Positions 1-13,627 of a DNA stretch of 64,000 nt are shown here, piece by piece. Below the pieces are notes generated by a model that ran no database searches, was not told the origin of the DNA, and saw only the letters and a program-made list of their open reading frames with translations. Numbering within the stretch: position 1 is the first letter of the stretch; every line of letters begins with the position of its first letter. Source of the DNA: the human T2T-CHM13v2.0 reference genome, Homo sapiens. The stretch is taken from assembly GCF_009914755.1 (NCBI RefSeq), contig NC_060930.1; one strand, 5' to 3'. The position numbers were made by a program, and so were the translations under genes.

Positions 1-80
1 GATAGGGTCACTGCCCTCCAGCCTGGGTGACAGAGTGAGACTCTGTCTCTTCAAAAAAAGGTAAAAAAAAAAAATTAAAA
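1..80 (+). mobile_element. Alu 3' end and A-tail (truncated by window)
   Basis: ctccagcctgggtgacagagtgagactctgtctc followed by A-rich tail. Confidence 0.9.
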
Positions 81-99
81 ATCTCCCTAAACTCTATGT

Positions 100-686
100 A
101 CAAGCTATCCTTCTACCCTCCAATCTGTCCTAGGTGTGGGCCAAACTGACTTTGGGAGAAATTTACAGTTTGAATGATAATAACACTTCCCAAAAACAAA
201 ACCACCCTTGTAAAACTAATAAAAGGCCACCAGGTTAAGAGGATGGGCGAGGTCACAAGGTTTGCAACATCCCCAATTACTCGTGTAATTAATGTCACTA
301 TTGTAGAACCTAAGACTGGCCTTTTGAGATCTTTTCAGGCTTTTGCATTTCTGATGACTGGATGGCCCCACCTGGACCTGTGACTCAACCAGTTCTGTGG
401 CCCCAACCCAGAAGGGGACTCAGCACATGAGGACCATTTTCCACACCCCATGATTGCATCCCCCACCAATCAGCAGCACCCTTTCCCTAGGCGCCTGCCC
501 ACCAAACTACCTGAAAACCCCCCAACCTTCCAGCTTCTGGAGAGATTGATTCGAGTAATAACTCCAGCCCCTGCTTGGTGTGGCCAGTCTCACCTCAATT
601 AAACTCTTTCTTTATTGCAATGCCATGGTGTCAGTGGATTGATTTTGTCTGTACAGCAGGCAGGAAGAACCTGTGGGGCGATTACA
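100..686 (+). mobile_element. ERV1 LTR, LTR8 family
   Basis: Matches LTR8-type motifs (ccaatcagca, gagattgattcgagtaataactcc, gcaggaagaacc..gggcgattaca) ending in CA. Confidence 0.75.
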
Positions 687-960
687 TGAAGGAGGACAAT
701 TATGGATTTTTCTTTTATGTTTTCTAACTTTTGTTACTGTATTTATATTACTTTTAGAATTTTAAGTAATTTTGTAATGATGAAGAAATGAGAAAAATTG
801 AGGAATTACACCTTACTGATTGAGTTTTCCAAAGATGGTCACAAGGTTGCTCCTGCTGCACGCTCCTCTTCCCATGGGACCTTAACACTCCTCCTTTGAG
901 CTCCTCCCCCAAACCTAGACAGACCCTTGTAACTGCCTCAACTGAACATAGTAGAAGTGA

Positions 961-1502
961 TGTTACTGGAAAGGGGTCCTGATCCAGACCCCAAGAAGAG
1001 AGGGTTCTTGGACTTCACACAAGAAAGAATTTGGGGCGAGTTCATAGAGGGAAGTGAAAGCAAATTTATTAAGAAAGTAAAGGAGCAAAAGAATGGCTAC
1101 TTGCAGGAAAAGGATGGGCAATTTCCAGAACTGAGGGTTCCTCTCATTTTTAGACGATATAAGGTAACTTCTTGACATTGCCCTGGCATTTGTAAATGGT
1201 CATGGTGCTGGTGGGAGTGCCTTTTAGCATGCAAATGCATTATAATTAATGTATAATGAGCAGTGAGGATGACCAGAGGTCATTTTCATCACCATCTTGG
1301 TTTTGGCAGGTTTTGGCTGGCTTCTTTGCTGCATGCTGTTTTATTAACAAGGTCTTTGTGACTTGTATCTTGTGCTGACCTCCTATCTCATCCTATGACT
1401 AAAAATGCCTAACCTCCTGAGAATGCAGCCCAGTGGGTCTCAGCCTTATTTTACCCAGATCCTATTCAAGAGGAAGTCACTCTGGTTCCAAGGCCTCTGG
1501 CA
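961..1502 (-). mobile_element. MER41 (MER41B-like) solo LTR
   Basis: TG..CA termini, 4-bp TSD GTGA (957-960, 1503-1506), MER41 ends tgttactggaaaggggtcctgatccagacccc and ctggttccaaggcctctggca. Confidence 0.9.
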
Positions 1503-1529
1503 GTGACACAATGTAACTTGTGAGGCTAG

Positions 1530-1955
1530 TGTTCAATACAGTTTATAGGAGCTCACTATTTTGGACTGAGCTCCTGTAGACTCAACAGACCAAACCAAAA
1601 CAGCATCATTCGTGCCAAAGTTTCATATCACCACACCAATATTTGTCTGACCTCCCCAGGAATCAGGAAAGAGAGAGAAATAATAGCCAAATTCTGAAAC
1701 AGATCACTTTTGGCCAGCAGGATAAGAAAATCCACTCTGCTTTACAAGGAAAGTAGCTTTGAAATGACCAATCTGCTTTTTGTTCCTTGTTTCCGCCTTC
1801 TGTGGCCTTTTTCTCTCTGTAAATACTCACTGCCCATGTTGCAGAGTGGAGTTCTTGGAACCTTTTCTTGTTCTGAGGGTTACTCAATTCTCAAGTCATT
1901 CTTTGCTCTAATATACTCTGTTAAATTTATTTTGGGTAAAGTTTTTCTTCTATCA
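1530..1955 (+). mobile_element. ERV1 (MER4-group) solo LTR
   Basis: TG..CA termini, near-TSD ctag/ttag, internal gaccaatc CCAAT box. Confidence 0.7.
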
Positions 1956-2414
1956 TTAGATTGTAAAAATTCTATATACTTCTGCTTGGCACCTTGGGAT
2001 GTGGCCCTTTGATGTGGCTGCCATATTATGAGGAAGTGCAAAGCAGCTGCCCACATGGAGGGTCCACAGGTAGGTGTTCCGATGGACCGCCCAGGTGAGG
2101 ACCCAGAATCAAGTGCTGGACACATAAGTGAAGAAATCTCCAGATGATTCCAGCTCCCAGCTGTTGAGTCTTTGAGTCTTTCCAGAGGGGGCCTCAGATG
2201 CCATGGAGCAGACACGGCTGTCCCTTCTGTACCAAAGTCAAATTGCTGCTGCATGGAATCCCTCATTCTAAGCATCATTAACTGGCTGTTTTGTACCATT
2301 AAGGATTGTGGTTTGTTTCACAGAAGTATATGTATATTATAACTCTCTTTTAGTAAGAGCAAGCAAGCAAAGCAAAAACAAAACCCAACACTCCTGAACA
2401 TCTGCATATATATT

Positions 2415-3390
2415 TTTTAATGTAAAAAAGTTATGTTAAAATATACATAAGGTTTAACTTTTTAACCCCTTTTAAGTACACAGATTTAGAGCATTAAGTA
2501 TGTTCACACTGTTACACAACCATTACCACAGTCTGTCTCTGGAATTTTTTCCAACTTCCCAAACTGCAACTCTATACTCATGAAACAATAACTGTCTAAT
2601 CCCCTTCCCAGAACTCTTGGTGAGCACCATTTAACTTTCTGTTTCTATAAATTTGACTACTCTAGAAACCTCTTGTAAGTGGAGTCATATGGTGTTTGTC
2701 CTCTTGTGACTGGCTTATTTCACTTAGCCTAATATAGGTTCATCCCTGTTGAAGCATGTGTCAGAACTTCCTTCATTTTTAAAGCTGAATAATATTCCAC
2801 TGTATGTATATACAAACTCCTGGGCTCAAGTGATCCTTCCCCTCAACCTCCCAACATGCAGGGATTATAGGCGTGAGCCCATGCACCCGGCCCCATTTTC
2901 TTTATATCTATTCGTCCATCAATGGACACTTGGTTTGCTTCCACCTTTCGGCTACTGTGAATAATGCTGCTATAAATATGGGTATATAAATGGGGTTTGA
3001 AGTCTCTTTAGTTCTTTTGGTTATATATCCAGAAGTACAGTTGCTGGATTACATGGTAATTCCGTTTTTAATTTTTTGAAGAACTGTCATACTGTTTCCT
3101 ATTGTAGCTGCCCCATTTTATATTCCCACCAGCAGTGCCACAAGGCTTCCAATTTCTTCTCGTCATCACCAATAGTTGTTATAATTTTTTTTTTATAAAA
3201 GCCATCCTAAAGTATGTGAAGTGATATCTTGGTGTGAGAGCTCATTTTGATTCACATTTTCCTAATAACTAGTGATGTTGATCATGTTCTCATGTGTTTA
3301 TTGGCCATTTGTATATCTTCTTTGGATAAATGCTTATTCAAGCCCTTTGCCCATTTTTAAATTAAGTTGTTTGGTTTTTGTTTGGAAATA
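2415..3390 (-). mobile_element. L1M (L1MB-like) 3' fragment with an internal Alu fragment (~2813-2893)
   Basis: L1 3' UTR/ORF2 antisense motifs (ggcttatttcacttagc, ttggccatttgtatatcttctttgg). Confidence 0.8.
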
Positions 3391-4648
3391 TTCCTTTAAA
3401 TGTATATATAGACAAGGCAGAGGTATAGAAACAACAGGCTGTTACCTCAGAGGTTGTGTGTTGAGGTGGAAGAGGAGCAAACATGATTCCTTTCTGCCTC
3501 TTGTGAAATTGTACTGAAGGGCTCCACGTATTACCAGCATGTGTCACTAACTGAATAAAGAAAAACAATTTAAAGAAATTATCAGTAAAAAGTCACCTTG
3601 CTTAAGTATCTCAAAATATCTAACTTGAAGTTTTTTTTAATGGTACAGCCAAGAAAATGAAATAATCTTGAGTTGAACCTTCACACAGATTTCATTGGTA
3701 AAATTTTAATAATGAGAAGAAAACTTCCCTTCATTGTTCTAGTCACAGATCCTTGGCCTGCCTTTTCCACCTCCTCCCTCCTCCCTTCTGGAAAGAGCTC
3801 AGACTAAGAGAAGAGCCTGTCTCTCTTTAAAGAGACTATTTGTTTCCATGGTAACTTGCCTTCTTCATCTTCAGAGCTGTAAACTAGGAAATTCCATTAG
3901 AGGCTTATCCGGGCAGTTGCTTTTGAAATGGTGTCTGATATTAGCTGTCTGCTTCATTCACCTTTGCTGCTTAGTAATCTTTTGAATTTGGTGATTTTGT
4001 TTCTATCAAATGAAGAGAGTAAAATAAAACAATACGAAGCTGATTATAATCGGTCTTGTTGGGCCAGCTGTGCATTCTTGTTAGGTCCTGTGGTGGGGCT
4101 GTCATGGTGTGGCCTCCTAGGTGACTGTGACCTGTGCAGCCTAGGCGCCATGGAGCCCTGCACACAGAGCTGGCCTGATTCAAGATGCACCATTTCATCT
4201 GGAGAAGAAATAGGAACCAACTCTGTTGTCAAAAGTGACTTTGATTGTTAGTAGATTTCAAGTTTTATCTGTAGGATTCTGATTTGGGCACATGGAGATG
4301 CTAATACTGCTGGCTGTGAAAATATAGCTGCAAATAAAGCAAATAACCAGATTACCTGAGGCTGATGATTTTAATTTTTCTAGTAGTATCTATGATTATA
4401 AAGCTGCATTTATTGACCATTGACATAGAAGGTTTGGCGGATTTTTATTGACCAGCATGGTTTACATGCATGAAATCTATATCATTTTTTGTTTCTCCAG
4501 ATCCATAAAGGACATTTAAACAACAGTTAATAAACATAGAAAATATCTTGAAATCACCTTTTCTATTCAGGAAGTTCAGCTACTTTATTCCTCTTGATAA
4601 CAACTTCATCTGATTATATTGACAAAAATAACATTACATTTGGTTTTC

Positions 4649-4821
4649 CTTTTATTTATTTATTTATTTATTTAGACATGGGGTCTCACTCTGTTGTCCA
4701 GGCTGGAGTGCAGTGGCATGATCATGGCTTACTGCAGCCTTGAATTCCTCGGCTCAATCGAGCCTCCTTCCTTGGCTTCCCAAAATGTTGGGATTACAGG
4801 TATGAGCTACCGCACCTGGCC
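4649..4821 (-). mobile_element. Alu monomer (FAM/FRAM-like) with (TTTA)n tail
   Basis: Single-arm Alu antisense sequence. Confidence 0.85.
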
Positions 4822-4853
4822 TGGTTTTCCTTTTTTTAAAAAAGCTAATTGCT

Positions 4854-5199
<346 letters not shown>

Positions 5200-6879
5200 T
5201 CAATAGTATACTTCCAACTTTTGAACACATTTCCTAGGTAAAATATTTATATTTAAAAGAATGTTTAGATTGAATGATGAAAAGGTTCTGGAGATGGATG
5301 GTGGTGGTGGTTGTACCACAATATGAATGTACGTAATGTTACTGAACCGTACAGTTGAAAGTGGTTGAATGGTAAATTTTCTGTTATGTATATTTTATCA
5401 CAATAAACATAATATTCAGAATTTTACAACTGGCAAATATGAAAGTATCTGCAATTGCTATGGAAAAGCATGTTAACTGATACACAATTCGATGAGAATC
5501 TTAGGCTCTTAGCATCTTATGTAGCTTTCCTTCCTCCTTAAACTTAGACTTCCAAGAAAATTCCAAATTTTGGTTTCCTTCGTCCTTTTCAGTTTTGAAG
5601 CAATTTGAATGCATACTTCCTTTTTCCCATGAAAGAGCATAAAAATACTGTATTTCGTAGCCCTTATCTCTGGAGACATTTTTGTATTCCTTTGTTCCAA
5701 TCATTGCCTTGGAGAAGTTCACTGTCTCATAAGAGGAATCACAAAACAAGAATCATCTCAGAATTGTAGGGATCTCTGTGCAAATTTGTCTAACATCTTA
5801 CCAAGGCAGATGTCTTAGTCCATTTTGTGCTGTCATGGTAGAATACCTGAGACTGGGCAATTTATAAAGAACAGAGATTTGTGTCTTACAGTTCTGGAGG
5901 CTGAGAAGTCTGAGGTTGAGGGGCCCACATTCTGTCCAGTGATGAGTAGCTTGTCTACTCATAGGCTGCCCATTCCACTTTGATCAGGCTCATTTACTAA
6001 ACATTCACTGAACAGTTTGTCTTGACATTGTGTGAGGTTACTGGAGATACCAAAGGGAGCAAGATGGACGTGGTCTGACTCTCATAAAGCTTACATTAGA
6101 ATGTTCTTCTATTTTTTTTTATTGAAACTTTGTCTATTTACCTTAGGCTCATTCATTCTAGTTATGACCTCAGAGTCATAAAGAATGCACAGCACTGTGC
6201 ACTGTGCCAAAAGCCCTATTGCCTTCATTTCTTTTACTCCTCACCAGAATCCTATGAGGCAGGGAACATCACTGTCTCAATTTCACCACTGAAGAAACTA
6301 AGACTTAAAAGGGTAGGTATCTTGCCCAATATCATATAGCTAGTATCTGTTTCTCCATTCACATTAATTAATCATTCATTCATTCAACAAACATTGGTTG
6401 AGAATCTACTATATGCTTTGGCAATGTTGAGAAAATTTGATAGCTGCCCTTAAAAACTCACAGCTCAATGGGGGAAGAAGTCAAGCAAACAGGTCTACTG
6501 CAGTGTGCTGTGCTGTGTGAGGGAGCTGTGCTCTGCGGCGATAACAGCTAGCAGGTCGGTCTCTCACCTGGTTGAAGAGTCCAGTCAGGCTCCTGATTAG
6601 CACAGTGGCCCCTATCGGTCTCTGTTGCACCTCGTCCCTCCAATCCACCCACCACCCTGCATCTGGAGTGATCTGTCTAGACTCACAGTCAAGATCTGTC
6701 TAGACTGATCTGTCGCATTCACTCATTTTTCATTCAGCTAACAAATATTTTTGAGTATCTACTTTGTTAGCCCTTGGAGACACAATGGTGAGTAAACCAG
6801 ACTTGGCTGGGACCTTCACAGAGCTTGCAAGGCAGGTAAGAAACAGAAACAGGGAGATGCATAGAATCATTAAAAAAAG

Positions 6880-7520
6880 AAAAAAAAAAGTTGGAAGGCA
6901 TATAGCCACTGTGGAAGACAGTTTGGAGGTTTCTCAAAATGTTAAGCATAGCGTTACTAAATGACCAGCAATTCTACTCTTAGGTATATACTCAGAAGAA
7001 TTGGAAACAGGTACTCAAACACATATATCTACAACACATGAAGGTTCATAGCAGCACTAGTCACAATAGCCAAAAGGAGGAAAGAATCCAGATGTCCATC
7101 AAGGATGAATGCATAAGCAAAATGTGGTCTATTCTTACAATGAATGTTACTGAGTCATAGGAAGGAAGGAAGTACTGATACAGGCTAAACAGAGACGAAC
7201 TTCAAAAATATTATGCTAAGTGAAATAAGCTAGACACAGAAGGTTACATAAGATAGGATTCCTTTTAAATAAAATATCTAGAACAGGTAAAGCCATAGAG
7301 ACAGAAAGTAGATTGGTGGTTTCCAGGGGTTGGGGGCAGGAGGAAATAAGGAATGACTGCTTAATGGGTATATGGTTTTATTTTGGTGTGATGAAAACAT
7401 TCTCGAACTAAATAGAAATGGTAGTTGTACAACAATCTGAGTGTACTAAATGCCACCCTGAATTATGTACTTTAAAATGGTTAATTTTCTGTTATGTGAA
7501 TTTCATCTCAATTAAAAAAA
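6880..7520 (+). mobile_element. L1MB 3' fragment embedded in L2 remnants (~6350-8330)
   Basis: gacccagcaattc-like and attatgctaagtgaa motifs; flanking cattcattcaacaaaca L2 tails. Confidence 0.75.
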
Positions 7521-9061
7521 ATGTATAACAAGGGGCTTAAATTAGATTGGGGATCAAGGATGGTTTTGAGCTGAGACCTAAAGACTGAGCAAGAGCTAGC
7601 TAGGAGAAGGATGTAGAGAAGAACATGTCCCTGGCAAGAGGAAGAGGGTATGGGGTGGAACTGAAGGGGAGGCAGGGGCCAGATGTGGTACAGCTTTGTA
7701 GGCCATGCAACATGTCCCCAGTCTTACCCCAAATGCCTTGGGAAATACCATGACAGAACAGTCTATCTGTTCTCAAGTTCATTCTTCCTGCTCTGTGGAA
7801 ATGGCCCGCAGGGGCACAATCACAGCAGCTACAGGGAAGGACAATGGTGACCAAGGCTCCCTGGGGCTGTCAATTTAGTCCATATCCCTACAGGGGACAC
7901 ACAAGGCTCCACGACCTAGTCCCTCCCCAGGTCCCCTGGCTCGTCTCTCCCTCTGCCCACCTCACACTCTCTGCTGTAGCCGTAGAAAGTTCAAGAGGTG
8001 AGCTCTTTTTCTTCAGGCCTTGGAACAATCTGCTCCTCCTTGGGAATGTTTCCCCATATTTGCCTGGCCAAGTTTTCTCCAATCTTCAGCATTCTGCTAA
8101 GGCATCACTTTCTTCCAGATGTTGTCCTGGCTCCAGGCTCTAATACTGCCTGACTTTGAAGCACCTTCCAGCACTTTGAGCCTAACTCTATCACAGTGCA
8201 TATCACAGTGGGTGGCCACAGCTTGCTTTATCCCCCTGAATTTTTTCCATTCAGTAACGAATTCCTTAGGGCAGAAACTCATTTGTTCTGGTGTCACTAG
8301 TACATGCGCCTGAGTAAATTAATGAATTCTTTCAAGAGAAATGAATTAGAATGCAAGTGGTGCTCCTCAATTTTCCCTTGAGTTCTTGTTTAACCCCCTC
8401 TCTTTTTTTTCCTGAGGATGTTCGTTTCCATCTCCCAGAGATACTGCCCCTTATTGAAGTGCTTGCCTCTTCCCACTTTTCAGAATATCTCCATCCTTAT
8501 AAAATTTGAATTATGTTTTAGTTCTCCAAACTTTTCAGTGGTGAACAAGCCTCTCACCATTACTTTCCTTTGTAAAGAGAACACATTGGAAAACGTTGAA
8601 ATGCTTTTTAGTAGAAAATTTTCCCTCATTTTTCGTGATCACATTTCCAGTTCTTTAATCTGAAAACTGTCAGTTTATAACTGATTTCTTAATCAAGATA
8701 TTATAATTCTAATGAACATCTCATGCTCAGATTATAAGTGCTGGCCAATGTTTTTACTCTTTTGGGGAAAAAAAATTCAGAAAAAAAATTCATTTCAATG
8801 TTTTTCAGGACCTTTACATTTTCTCAAAACATTCACCTATTATCTCCCCTGGAGTGGTGTTCAGACCTCAGCATAATGTTGAGTCCAGAGCTAAACTGCC
8901 CACATTGATCCCACCTCTGCCACTCACTAGCTAAGTAACATTAGGCAAACTGTTTCACCTCCCCATGGCTTTGTGTGGTAGGGAGCAAACATAGTATTTT
9001 GCTCACCCATCAGGTGCACAGCTGAGACGCCTATAACAAAAGATAGATTAACAAGAGAAAA

Positions 9062-9366
9062 GGCCAGGAACGGTGGCTCAAGCCTGTAATTCCAGCACTT
9101 TGGGAGGCTGAGGTGGTCGGATTGCTTGAGCTCAGGAGTTGCAGACCAGCCTGGGCAATGTGGTGAAACCCCAGCCCTACAAAAAATACAAAAAATTAGC
9201 CAAGTGTGGTGGCACACGCCTGTGGTCCCAGCTGCTAGAGAGGCTGAGGTGGGAGGATCGCTTGAGCCCAGGAGGTCAAGGCTGCAGCGAGCTGAGATTG
9301 CGCCACTGCACTCCAGCCCGGGCAACAGAGTGAGACCCAGTCTAAAAACAAATGAACATAAACAAT
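9062..9366 (+). mobile_element. AluJ
   Basis: Dimeric Alu with J-type diagnostics; TSD agaaaa. Confidence 0.95.
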
Positions 9367-9456
9367 AGAAAAGCATACAAACTTGTTTAATATAAGTTTT
9401 ATGTGGCAAGGGAGCTTTCAGAAATGAAGACTTCAAGAAACAGGGAAATATGGGTG

Positions 9457-9882
9457 TAGTAGTCTTCCCTAATCCATGGTTTCAGTCACCCGAGGTCAAC
9501 CATGGCCTGAAGGTATTAAGTGGAAAATTCCAGAAATAAGCAATTCATGTTTTAAACTCTGCACTCTTCTGAGTTTCACCTAGGATGTGAAACATCCCTT
9601 TGTCCAATGTGTTCACCTCATCACAAGGAGAAGGTGAGTATATTAAAATGTTTTGAGAGACTACCTTCCCATAACTTTTATTAGTTATATTTTTCTTATT
9701 CTTCTATATTATTATCAGTTATTGCTGTTAATCTCTTACTGTGCCTAATTTATACATTTAACTTGTCATAGGTATGTATGTACAGAAAAAACCCCAGTGT
9801 ATATACAGTTCAGTATTATCCATGGTTTCAAGCATCCACTAGGGATGTTGGAATGTATCTCCATGAGTAAGAGGGGGCTCTG
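9457..9882 (+). mobile_element. Tigger-derived MITE (MER44-like)
   Basis: Decayed TIRs tagtagtcttccctaatcc / gagtaagagggggctctg followed by TA; tggaaaattccagaaataa core. Confidence 0.75.
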
Positions 9883-12800
9883 TATTTTTATGGATAGTTG
9901 TACGGAAGTATGTCTGGAGGACAAAAGGCTACGGTCTAATGGTAATAGACTGCGGGAGTGGGGGGTGGAATTTAGCAAGGCCTGTTTGTTCAGTCTTCTC
10001 TTGTCTTCTTTCCTTTCTTCCGGGTATAGGGAGGGCCCTTCTGAAATGAGAGTTTTACGACCGATTTTCAGGGGAAGGTCAGTGAGGTTTAATGGCCCAT
10101 TTCAGGGGAAAGAGGGTGAGGGAAGATCAGAGCGTGACCTTCTGTTTTTACGGTTTTCTCAATTTCCTTCAAGTCTAAAATATATAGTATGACAAGATGA
10201 CGTATTCTGGGGTAGCGTGTTCTGAACTCCGTCAGTATCCTCATTTGTAAACTGGGGATAATAATGTTACCTAACTCAGAAAGATCTTGTGATCACGAAG
10301 TTCATACTTGTAATACACTCAGAACAGTGGCTGGTAATTGCATCAGCAAGAAATCCCATCTGAGGAAGGGGAAACAACAGGAGCTGTGCAGCTGCGGCTG
10401 CTGGGACCTCCTGTCTGCACAACCCCACCTACTCCTTTGTCTGCTGAGTGAAGACAGGTCAGTCGACCTCGGGCCCAGGAAGACTGCTGCTGTCAGGGGA
10501 GCACACTCCAGTCACCCACAGGAGCAAAACACATCCTTCTGGAGCCACAATAGCCTTGGGAACCTTGGTCCGGTTATCATAGCCATGATGTTGGTCGAAC
10601 AGATAAAAATATTCTCTTGAATCCCTAGCCTGTTTGAAAAAAATCACCACCTATCAAAAGAAAGGAAAAAAGAACATTCCCTGACATTATAGCTTAAACT
10701 TAATTTTCATATCAATTAAGCCTTTAATTGATATAAAAGAATCTGGGACAGTATTAGGAATAATTAGGAATGGAAAGTATTTTTTGGGGGGATGATTTTT
10801 TTTTCTTCAAGCAAAACCTACATGATAGAGACATTTTTTATTCTATCCACTTTTGGATTAACCTTCAGTTTATTGAGCAATTATACTCTGCTCACCTGAA
10901 AAAGTAGAAGTAGTTATAACTTAAATATAATGGGTAATAGAATGAGGGATTTAATCAGACTAGAAGCCATGTAAGTGATAAAGTCATTTGGCCTAGATGC
11001 CATCTGCTGGGTACTACGATGTTACTCAGGGGGCAAGACATGGAGCCAGGCACCTCTCTGGGGTTAAACAAGGGTTGGGGAAGGAAAGGTCAGCAAACTC
11101 AGCTGAAGGTCAGGATAGAAGTTTATCCAGGCAGGAGGACTCTAGTGTCCAGAGAGCAAGGTGCTCAGTAGAAGGTAATGGTGTGATCATTCAGGCAAGC
11201 AGCTGACCTTGGAAAGGTCCACCAGAGGGTGACAGGGTCTCATGAGCTGCTGGATGGGACATCTGGGAACAGACCATATTTGTCCAGACAAGCATGGAAT
11301 TGCCCAGCCCAAGAAGGATGGGTGAGCTGCTAAGAGGGTCCTTACCAATAGAATGGGGTGTATAAAATTCCAGATTCCATGAGGGGCATTGGTGGGTTTA
11401 GGGCCAGCAAGGGCAAGATCAAGGCAGGACTCCAACCTTAAAGGGAAGTAGTCATCCTATGAGGGTACAAGCTCAGAGTCAGAGGAGCAGTACGGAGAAG
11501 CTGATGGTAAGTCCCTGCATGGCCCACATCCCCCATCTGTGGATAGGACTGAGCCAAGCACATGAACAATCACGGCAGGGACATGGTGGTATAGGAAGGG
11601 CTCTCCTTGACTCCTGGTATCAGTTAGGCATACTTTCAGCTACTAGTGGCTGAAAACCTGAGTTGCTGTAGCTTACCGCAAAGGGACATTTATTGCTTCC
11701 TTAAGAAGTTAGATGTGTGATCTCAGGATTGCTGGTGCAGCTCATCGAGGTCATTCCCATTCTCCACTCCTTCAGCCGCATTTGGGCTCTTTGTCACCTT
11801 CATACATGATAGTTGCAGACATTAGGTCCTCACAGCACATCCTAAAAAGGAAGGACAGGTGGGAGCAAGAGCTTGCTTCCTCCCAAGCCTCTGCCTGATT
11901 GTTTGGAAAAAGAAGGCTCCATCAGAAGCCTCCCAGCAGCCTGCCCCACAAGTACTCATTGGCCAAATGTGGGTCACTCAGCTACTCTGATTTGCAACAG
12001 GAGCCGGAAGTGCAAATCTTGTGTTTCTAGCCTCTACAGAGTGAGGTAGGCAAGGGGTAAGGGTGAGAGAGATGGTGGTAGCCAATAATCTTTCTTCTCC
12101 TTTTCCCTTTAATTTGAGCAGCACTCTAGATTCTCCTTCCTGTTTCCTTGTCAGAAGTACATAGAATTGCTTTGGATACTTTAGGGAAATAATGGTGTTG
12201 ATTTTCTTATAGGTTTACAGCTCATTCCTCCCTCTGAGATTGACCAACCATGATTCTTCAGGGCCAGATGTTGGAGCATATGAGACCTGCCACCACACCT
12301 TGTGGCCCACGGCAGCACAAGACAGCATTCCTCTACACTCTCTGTTGTGGAAAATGGCCAAGTCCTCATAGTCCAAAGAGAGTCGATTTCAGGCCACTGA
12401 GTTCTTCACTTGTACCTTCTCCCTCCCGTCATCCCAATCCATGTCCTTGTACAGAAAAAGCCCAAGGATTTTTTTTTAAAGGCAAGTATATAACAATAAG
12501 GCAAGAATTTCCTTAACTGGTAATAGGATGGACATTTAAATGCTGAAAAGACCAGTCCCTGAAGCCTAAAATGGTACCAAAAACAGCTGAGCAAGAAGGC
12601 AGGGATTGCAGAACTTGGGTGCATCTTGGGGGAAAGAAATAAAGGGGCCACAGGGCAGCTGGTGTAGAATAAAGATACTTTCAGACATATAATGAATTTA
12701 AAAATTTACCTCACTTGTGCCCTTTCTGATGAAGCCACTGGGCAAAATCAGTGAATGAAGGAGTAAGCCATGAAAAAGAAAGACATGAAATCCAGGAAAT

Positions 12801-13097
12801 AGGGATCCATCCCAGGAAAACAGCAAAAGGAAGTCACAAGATGATAGCTCAGCACCGGCCTAGAGAGAGTTTGTATTGGAGATGGAGGAATTGCATGGGG
12901 CAGCTGCAGAAAGATGTCTTTGCAGGAGAAATGGATCTGAGAGGTCTGGTGTTTGAGCAGTCTGGTGTTGAAAAATTATTGATAGGTGTGGGTGATACAT
13001 GCGTTGAAGCACTTATTTAAAAAGGTGATAAATCTATAGGCAAATGAAAAAGGTACTAGGAGAAAACAAATAATTTTAAGAGAAAGGCAATATAATT

Positions 13098-13437
13098 ATT
13101 TTCTTATTCCATTCAGGCTTTTACAAAAAAATACCATAGATCAGGTGGCTTATAAATAACAGAAATTTATTTCACACAGTTCTGGCAGACTTGGCTTCTG
13201 GTGAGGACATGCTTCCTGGTTCATAGTTGCCATCTTCTCACTGTGTCCTCACATGGTACAAGGGTGAGGGAGTTCTCCAGGGTCTCTTTTTTATAAGGGA
13301 ACCAATCCCATTCACCAGGGCTCCACATTCATAAACTAATCAACCTCCCAAAGGTCCTGCCTTCAAATGGCATCACCTTGGGGATTGAGATTTCAATATA
13401 TAAATATTGGGAGGACAGAAACATTCAGACCATTGCA
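13098..13437 (-). mobile_element. MaLR LTR (MLT1A/MST-like)
   Basis: ggcttataaataacagaaatttatttcacacagttctgg...aacattcagaccattgca. Confidence 0.8.
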
Positions 13438-13627
13438 ATCACAGTAATACATTACTTGAATCAGCAGTAAACATAATTTATATAGTCATAAGCTCGATAT
13501 TATAAAATAATAATGCAATATTTACTGTGATCGACTCTAACATTGTGATCCAGTTCTATAGGGATAAAAGGGTAGAGGAGATGGCAGAGGTGTGCGTTAA
13601 CCAGCTAAATCTTCCATTACTATCGTG

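Larger units (their letters stand above)
820..2330 (+). mobile_element. MaLR LTR (MLT1G/H-like) split into three pieces (~820-960, 1503-1529, 1956-2330) by two nested ERV1 LTRs
   Basis: ctccagatgattccagc..ccatggagcagacac..ccattaag MLT1 motifs; sequence is continuous across the insertions. Confidence 0.65.
8972..10234 (-). mobile_element. ERV1 LTR (MER34-like) inserted in a MIR and itself interrupted by an Alu and a MITE
   Basis: End ggggtagcgtgttctgaactccgtca is the reverse of a MER34-type start; MIR halves at ~8860-8970 and ~10235-10335. Confidence 0.65.

Noticed and set aside
1880-2299. 139-aa minus-strand ORF
   Set aside because: Spans MaLR and ERV1 LTR sequence; no recognisable domain or splice context.
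8927-9436. 169-aa ORF, the longest in the track
   Set aside because: Antisense Alu translation ([22 protein letters not shown]); not a gene. The same applies to ORFs at 4694-5184, 14898-15126, 15689-15904, 39167-39496, 40783-41078 and 44879-45181.
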